NCBI GenBank assembly: GCA_000388065.2
Contig: KB932214.1
Length of the DNA: 8,714 bases
Source: Fonticula alba ATCC 38817
Taxonomy: Eukaryota > Protista > Nucleariida
Reading direction: 5' to 3' (one strand)
A program made the translations under genes and the position numbers. The notes beneath the pieces were generated by a model. That model was not told where the DNA came from, ran no database searches, and was given only the letters and a program-made list of their open reading frames with translations. Each line of letters begins with the position of its first letter. The first letter of the stretch is position 1. Shown here piece by piece: positions 1-6,395 of this stretch.

Positions 1-39
1 CAACAGCAGCAACAGCAGCAACAACAGCAACAGCAGCAA
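1..39 (+). repeat. Imperfect CAA/CAG trinucleotide repeat, 13 units, truncated by the window edge
   Basis: CAA CAG CAG CAA CAG CAG CAA CAA CAG CAA CAG CAG CAA read directly. Confidence 0.95.
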
Positions 40-73
40 CACTATCACCAGGTATATGTATATGAAATGCGCA

Positions 74-1959
74 TCAGAAGTACTCGCCACCGTCCGACAT
101 GTAGCGCAGCTGGTACAGGTTGGTGCCGCCCTGCTCCGGGGTCTGGAAGCGGGCCAGCAAGACCACATTGTTCCCGTACACCAGCTGCAGGGAGGCCTGG
201 TTGACGTTACGCGCCTGGTCGAAGAGCTTGGCCGTGCTGGCGTTCCACGAGACGCGCGCCTCCTCCAAAGACACAGGGGCCAAGGCGGGCGAGGCGGCGG
301 CGCTGCCGCCGCCGCCGGCAGAGCCGGTGGCCGCCACGCCGGCAGACAAGTGCGGCCGGACTTCCCCCGCCGTGCCGGTCACCACCTCCGGCTGGTCGGC
401 CATCGGGCCGAGGAAGCGCTGCCGCCAGGGCGAGGACGCCGGCGACGGGACAAACGACGTGGACGGCAGCTCCAGCGGACAGCCATCCGGCCCCAGGCCG
501 AAGCTCAACAGGGTGGTGGCGTACGCGTGGGATTCCGGCAGCACGGCCACCCGCGGCCCGGAGGGGTCATCATCGTGCACCTCGCTGGCCTTGGTCAGGC
601 TGGGCGCCACACCGACGCCCATGCGATTGACCCCGGCCGCCAGGCTGAGTTGTGAGGAGTGGGCCGGCGGGTGGGCGGCCCCGGCCCCGGCCCCGGCCCC
701 GGCCCCGGGGGGCATGGCCGTGGTCGGGGTGGGAGTCCCGCCAGTGCCGGTGCCCCCGCCGCCGCCGGGGGACAGCAGCCCCAGCGAGCCACCCATGGCC
801 GGGTGGTGGGAAAGGGGCCGCTGCCCGAAGGACGCGCCGCTGCCGCCGGGGGTGCCCGGCCCGGCCCCCCCCGAGGTCGAAGCCACCTGCAGGCAGGACA
901 TGCTGGCCGAGTAGGAGGGCATGGTCGGCGAGGAATCCAGGGCCCCGGTGTTGGACAACGGCGACATCGGAACCGCCAAGGTATCGACCATCAGCAGCCC
1001 GCCGCCACTGCCGCCGGACGAGGACCCCGAGGGGGCCGGGGAAAACAGCGGGGCCGGGTGCAAGCTGGCCGCCGTCGAGCCGCCGGCCCCGACCGTCGGC
1101 GACCCGGGACCCGCCACCAGGAGACTGGCACTCGGCGAGTGGGAAGCCGACTTGGAGGGGGTCCGGTCGAGGGCGCCAGTGTCGCCGGGGCCCGGCGAGG
1201 CGAGCACCCCTCCCCCGCCGCCGGCCGCGGCCGAGAGGCTGGCGCTGCGAGTGTGACTGTCGGCCGCCAGTAGCCGGGCCGCCGGGGTCGAGCCGCCGCC
1301 GCCGCCACCGGCCGCCAGAGGTGACGGGCTCAGGACCATCGGCCCGGTGGACCGGGCCCGGATGTGCGGCGATGTCCAGGAGCTTTCTGAGGGGGCCGGC
1401 GAGAAGAGCGCCGAGAGGGACTGATGGGGCGACTGGACAAAGGCCCCGGGGGTGGAGGCCGCCGCCGCCGCCGCCGCCGCCGCCGCGGGGGATTGGACCC
1501 CGGCCGCGGTGGCGGCCGCCACCGCGCTCGGGCTCGGCGACGCCAGCAGCCCGGCGCCAGCCGCGCCGCCGGTCAATGACACCACCTGCGTCAGGTTGTA
1601 TCGGGTGCCGGTGCCGGGGCCGGTCTGCTCGCCGAGCAACTCCAGCTCCGCCAGCAGGGTGGCATTGACCGAGGTCCGGAGCTCGCGGATGCGCTTACGC
1701 AGGAGCAGCCGCTTGCCGAAGGTCAGCCCGGCCAGCGAGAGGATATCCTCGTCGGTCAGTTGCAGCAGCGTCTGCCCATCCAGCGGGCATGGGGGGATGT
1801 GCTGGACCCCGGCCTTGCGAGTGGCATGTGCGGCAATGCGCTCCAGCAGGGCGTGCAGCGGCTCCACCGCTGCGGCCAGCCCGACGAACCCCAGGTACTG
1901 CACCACATGCGTGGGATACCACAGGGGCGGGTACAGGGGCAGGGATCCGAGGACAGAGT
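74..1959 (-). CDS. Last visible exon (1886 nt): SAM domain, long low-complexity region, C-terminal ordered segment
   Basis: Acceptor CACACAG|AC (phase 1) extends the 610-aa ORF to include the SAM start LWYPTHVVQYLGFVGL. Frame is open to TGA at 76-74. Confidence 0.87.
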
Positions 1960-2068
1960 CTGTGTGTCCGAAGAGCGGGGAGAGATTGTGTCAGAGGGGG
2001 AGAGGGGGAGAGGGGGAGAGGGGGAAAGGGGGAGAAGGAGAGGGAGAAGGAGAGGGGGAGAGAGGCAA

Positions 2069-2099
<31 letters not shown>

Positions 2100-5000
2100 G
2101 AAGGAGAGAGAAAAAAACAGAAAAAAAAAGAGAAAAACAGAAAAAGAGAAAAAGAGAAAAAGAGAAAAAGAGAAAAGGAGAAAGGAAAACAGCGCCGGGC
2201 GCAGCACAAACAGGTCGTAGAGTGCCGGCCGGGGGTGTCTCTCCTCTCGCGCGAAACGCCCACAGAGTATGTTGGCAGGGGCGCGCTGGCACGTACAACA
2301 GTGGGCTTCTTGCTCCTCGGCCGGGATCTGGACACACACATTGGCGTCCTCGCCGAGGGGGTAGCCGCCGGACGAGGGCGACAGCAGGGAGGCCCCCTCG
2401 TCATCGTCCGACAGGCCGGTCAGCGCCACCGACGAAATGATGCCATCCTCATCGTCATCCTCGCACTCGGTGGAATTGCCGGTGCCGGGCTCGGCGTCAC
2501 CGCCGCCGGGGCCGGTCGTCGACCGGACCAGGCTCGCTTCCGGGAAGTGGGCGCCCGGGCCCGGCTCCAAGCCCGGCATCGGCGACAGGGCCGGGCTGTG
2601 GGCCTCGGGCGGGATGCCCGACAACAGGGGGCTGGCCGGGGCCCGCCCCGACAACAGCCCCCCATTGCCGGAGGAGCCGCCATCCTCCTCGTCCGAGCTG
2701 ATGGATGTCACCTCGATGCGGAGATCCGAGCCCGGCAGCGAGCCGGCCTGGCCGCCCGGGCCGCCACCACCGGCCCCCAGCGACGGCTGGTGGAGCGCAT
2801 GGTGCAGGGCCGTGTCGCTGCCCAGCGCCGAGAGGGTCGACGCCGACCGGCGAACGGGCGTATGTGCATCGCCGCCACCGGCCCGCCGGTCGGCCCCGCC
2901 GCCCACCATCGACCCCAGACTGCTGGTGTCCGGCATGGATCCCTGCCGACGGAGGCTCGGCTGATCCGGCGAGAAGAGATGCGGCGTCGATTGCGAGGAG
3001 GAAAAGGCCGGGGCCCCGCCGCTGGTGCCCGGCGCGCGCAGGGCCGCCGTGGTGGTGGGCGTGCCGGCGGCCGGCGTGCCCGGCGCCGCCAGGTCACTCA
3101 CCTGCGACAGCAGCGGCAGGATGGACCCCGGCGCCGGGAGGACACCGCCATACCGGACAAAGTGCGACCGCCAGGTGGCCCAATCGACGTCGGCCGCCGC
3201 CTGGACATCGGGATCCGGGTCGACATCCACCTCGCCGCCATCCAGCAACCGGTACCCGACGGTGGAGCGCATCATCAACGTGTGCCGGCCATTGGCCGTG
3301 GCCAGGACAATGGTCCGGCGCTGGGTGTGCTGCAGGATGGAATTCGAATCCAACATCCGGGCCCGGCTCAGATTCACCGCCAGCCACAGGGGACTTTGCC
3401 CGGGCTCGCCGGTGAAAATGTAAAAGATCTTGTCGCTGAGGATGACCCCACACCGGCGCCAGTATTTGGGGAACTTGCCAAAGTGCAAGTCCAAATACCC
3501 GTGGATGGCATCGGCTGCCAGGTAGTGGCCCTTGAAGAGCATGTCCGCCCGGCGCCGCCGCGGGATGGTGATCGACCCGGGGGCCGGGCCGGGGACAGGC
3601 CCGGCCGCCGTCGCCGCCGTCGCCGCCGCCGCCGCCTCGGCCTCGCCGTCCAGCGGCCGCGGCACCGAGTGCTGCAGGATGATGCGCTGCACCACGGACT
3701 GCGTGGCGCAGTTGACCACCGACACGAAGTCCGCATGCACCACGACGATGGTTCCCCGGTAGGAGGAGGCGGTCACGCGCAGGACCGGCGCATCGAAGGA
3801 CACCGCCGTGGACTGGTACGCGCGGGTCTTGGCCTGGCTGCCACGCGGCACAAAGTACCCGGTCCGCGTGTAGGCAATGAAGTACTCCCGCGTCGGGGCC
3901 AGGTAGGTGGCGTCCACGGGGATCTGCTGGCCGAGGGTCCCCCCGCGGGAGGTGATGCGCGAATCGGCCAGCGACGCGCCGATGGAGGGGACGACCGTGC
4001 CGACGCCCGGGCCGGTGCCGTCCGATGCCGAGCCGGGGCCCGGGGCCGGTGGGCCGCCGCCCGCGCCACTGCCGCCGGCCACCAGGTCCTTCTGCACCAC
4101 GAGCGGCGTGCTGATGCCGGTGCGCAGGTCCAGCGAATGGACCGATGCCAGGGGCTGGCCAAAGCCAAAGACCACATTGCTTCGGTTGAGCATGCGCAAG
4201 AAGATGGGCTTCTGGGCCAGGCGGAACTCCTTGACCTTGTTGTACTTGGCCCGGCCGTGGTCCAGCTTCAAGTCGCGCAGGCCCTCGAACATGAACACAT
4301 GCAGGGTATTCTCCACCGCGGCCACCACTTCCCACAGCCGGTCGCAAGACGCAAAGGCATGGCAATTGGCCGTGCCGGGGATGCGCTCAAAGACCCACTC
4401 CTTGGAGTGGATGCGGAAGTGCGTCAGCTGGGAATTGGTCCCGCAAATGGCCAGCAGGGTGAACATGCCCGGCTCGAACTGGAACTGCCGGAAGGGCTTG
4501 AACAGGGCCGGCAGCATGCGAAAGTTGCTGGACCCGGGGAAGGGCGCCAGCGGGTACGGCATCCGGGAGAGGGTGGTCGGGAAGGCCTTGATGTGGTGAA
4601 GGTCGACCGTGTCTCCGAGCTCGGTGGAGGCCAGCCCGTCGTTGGACCCGAGCACGAGGGAGGTGTCTGCGTGCGTGCGTGCGTGCGTGTGGGGCGGTGC
4701 GGGGCGGTGCGGGGCGGTGCGGGGCGGGGCGGGGGGTCAGCGAGAAGAGCGACGAGTGGGAGGCGGGCGCGATCAGTGGTAGGTGGTGCGCGGCCGTGAA
4801 GGAAGAGAGAGAGCAAGGGGGGGGGGGGGGGGGCATGCGGGGGACGCACTGAACAGGTAGCCATCGTAGATGGGCCCGGCGCGCGAGGGGTCAAACTCCA
4901 GCGGGATCTGCGACGCGCTCAGGTGGTTGGACACGGCGCTGGCGTACGGGCCGTAATTGAGGAGCTCATCGTCGCCGAACTGCTGGCGGATCACCTCTTC

Positions 5001-6359
5001 CAGCGGCTGGGGGACGTCCAGGCGGTTGAAGAGCTTGAAGAAGGCCGTCAGGACATTGCGCACGACGGCCGCGCTGAGGGCCTGCTCCTCGGCCGTGGCA
5101 TTCTGCTTGCGCAGGATGCTCGGCCCGAACATGGTGGCCATGTTCTCGTAGCCCATGAAGCTGGTGTCGGAGAACATGACGCAGAAGCGCACGAAGTTGG
5201 CGATGTACGACAGCACCCAGGCATTGACCACGGGGATCATGCTGAGGGCCGCCTTGAAGCGGTTGACGCAGTCCTCGATGCGCTCGACATTCACGTCCAC
5301 GAAGGACGAGTACACCTGGTACGGGATCAGCGGCTCCGGCAGCTCCATCAGGAAGTTCTTGAGGATGGCCGTGACAACGTGCGGGTTGGTGTTGGGGATG
5401 AGATGGATGTCGCGGTCTGGCGGTGTGTGAGAGAGAGGGGGGGGGGGAACGGGCAGGCGGAGGTGGACAACGCGGAGGATGTAAAGGGGGGGGATTACGC
5501 ACTGGCATCGATGAAGCGCTTGACGGCGTTGATCTGGGCAATGGAGCCGGACCGACGGAAAATACCCTCGACCGAGTGGCCTGGAAGTGGAAAGGTAGGA
5601 GGGGAGGGGAAATGGTCAGAGCCGGGCATCGGGGGGGATGCGCCGCAACGAAAGCAGGGGGCGGGGGGGGGGGAGACACCACGCCATGGGGGAGAGGGGC
5701 AGGGAGACGATCGAAGACGACGCACCGTTCAGCGAAATGAGCGTGTTGACCGAGGCGGTCAGGACATCGGGGATGGCCTGGCCGTCACGGAGGACCACAC
5801 TGGCCAGGGGCTGGCCAAAGACCGGGGTGGGGATTTTGCTGCGGCACGCCGCACGCGCCCCATGGCGGGAGAAGGACCGGCGGGGAGAAGGCAGGTGAGC
5901 GGGGCGTGCGTGCGGCGAGGCCATGAAAGGGGGGATGGGCGATGTCCCCCGGGCGCGTGGAGCAAGAGAGAAAGAGAAAAAGGGGGAGGGGGGGGGGCGT
6001 GAAGCGGCGGGAAAGACGCACGGCACACGCAGGACCTCGATCAGCGACCGGTCCACCTTGGAGGGCTCCAGCAGGGGGAGGATGGACCGAATCCAGAGGG
6101 TCATGTCGGAGTGCGAGTTGAAGGCAACATTGTAGGCGTGCTGGATCTTCTGGTCCGGGGCCATCGGCGGGATGATGCGGATGACAAAGGGCCGGGTCAT
6201 GAGCTTGTAGTCGGCCGCCACGATGTAGACCGACTTGAAGCTGTTGGCGCAGAGGACCACCTCGTACTCGGTGGACTGGTCGAGCTTGCCGTAGTTGTCA
6301 TACTCCACCAGCGGCGGGGCCAGCGGGGAGAAGCCGGACTCGGCCGAGGTGCCGGCACT

Positions 6360-6395
<36 letters not shown>

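Larger units (their letters stand above)
3670..4872 (-). other. CNH (citron homology) beta-propeller domain, approximate bounds, with a Gly/Pro insert at ~3925-4090
   Basis: Starts ...YLFNTSLVLGSNDGL (LxxGTxxGL-like). Later strands are VVAAVENTLHVF, KVKEFRL, EYFIAYTRTGYFV, VSFDAPVLRV and IVVVHADFVSVVNCATQSVVQRI, which fits the CNH pattern. Recognised by eye. Confidence 0.78.
5010..5826 (-). other. RhoGAP domain (spans 3 exons; approximate bounds)
   Basis: VFGQPL, EGIFRRSG, ILKNFLMELPEPLIP and ENMATMFGPSIL match the RhoGAP consensus blocks in the correct order. Confidence 0.95.

Noticed and set aside
56-1668. Assorted + strand ORFs (56-655, 120-914, 652-1668, 659-1273 and others) and similar ORFs at 4923-6002 and 6111-7208
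   Set aside because: Antisense or off-frame shadows of GC-rich coding sequence with no recognisable domains.
1695-2296. Read-through of the 986-aa ORF giving a hydrophobic Phe/Leu/Ser 'transmembrane' stretch
   Set aside because: This is translation of the intronic pyrimidine tract, which lacks A and so lacks stops. Splicing at 2296/1960 restores an intact SAM domain in another frame.
2245-2335. Cys/His cluster (C..HCC.C...C) as a possible zinc finger
   Set aside because: About half of it falls inside the predicted intron and the spacing fits no zinc-finger family I recognise.
2255-2340. Alternative donors for intron 6 (GTGTGT phase 0; GTGTCC, GTTGTA and GTGGGC phase 1)
   Set aside because: GTACGT at 2296 best matches the gene's GTRCGT pattern and has the phase needed by the 1960 acceptor. 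The others are weaker or out of phase, though not excluded without cDNA.
4669-4730. Short tandem repeats considered as a CRISPR array or mobile-element terminus
   Set aside because: No unique spacers, units only 4-10 nt, no cas or transposase genes, and the context is a eukaryotic intron.
1452-4799. 1115-aa + strand ORF
   Set aside because: It is the in-register antisense of the 2370-nt exon. Stops there would need TTA/CTA/TCA sense codons, which are rare in GC3-rich genes, and the purine-rich intron it crosses has few T. The translation is Arg/Gly/Ala-rich with no domain motifs.
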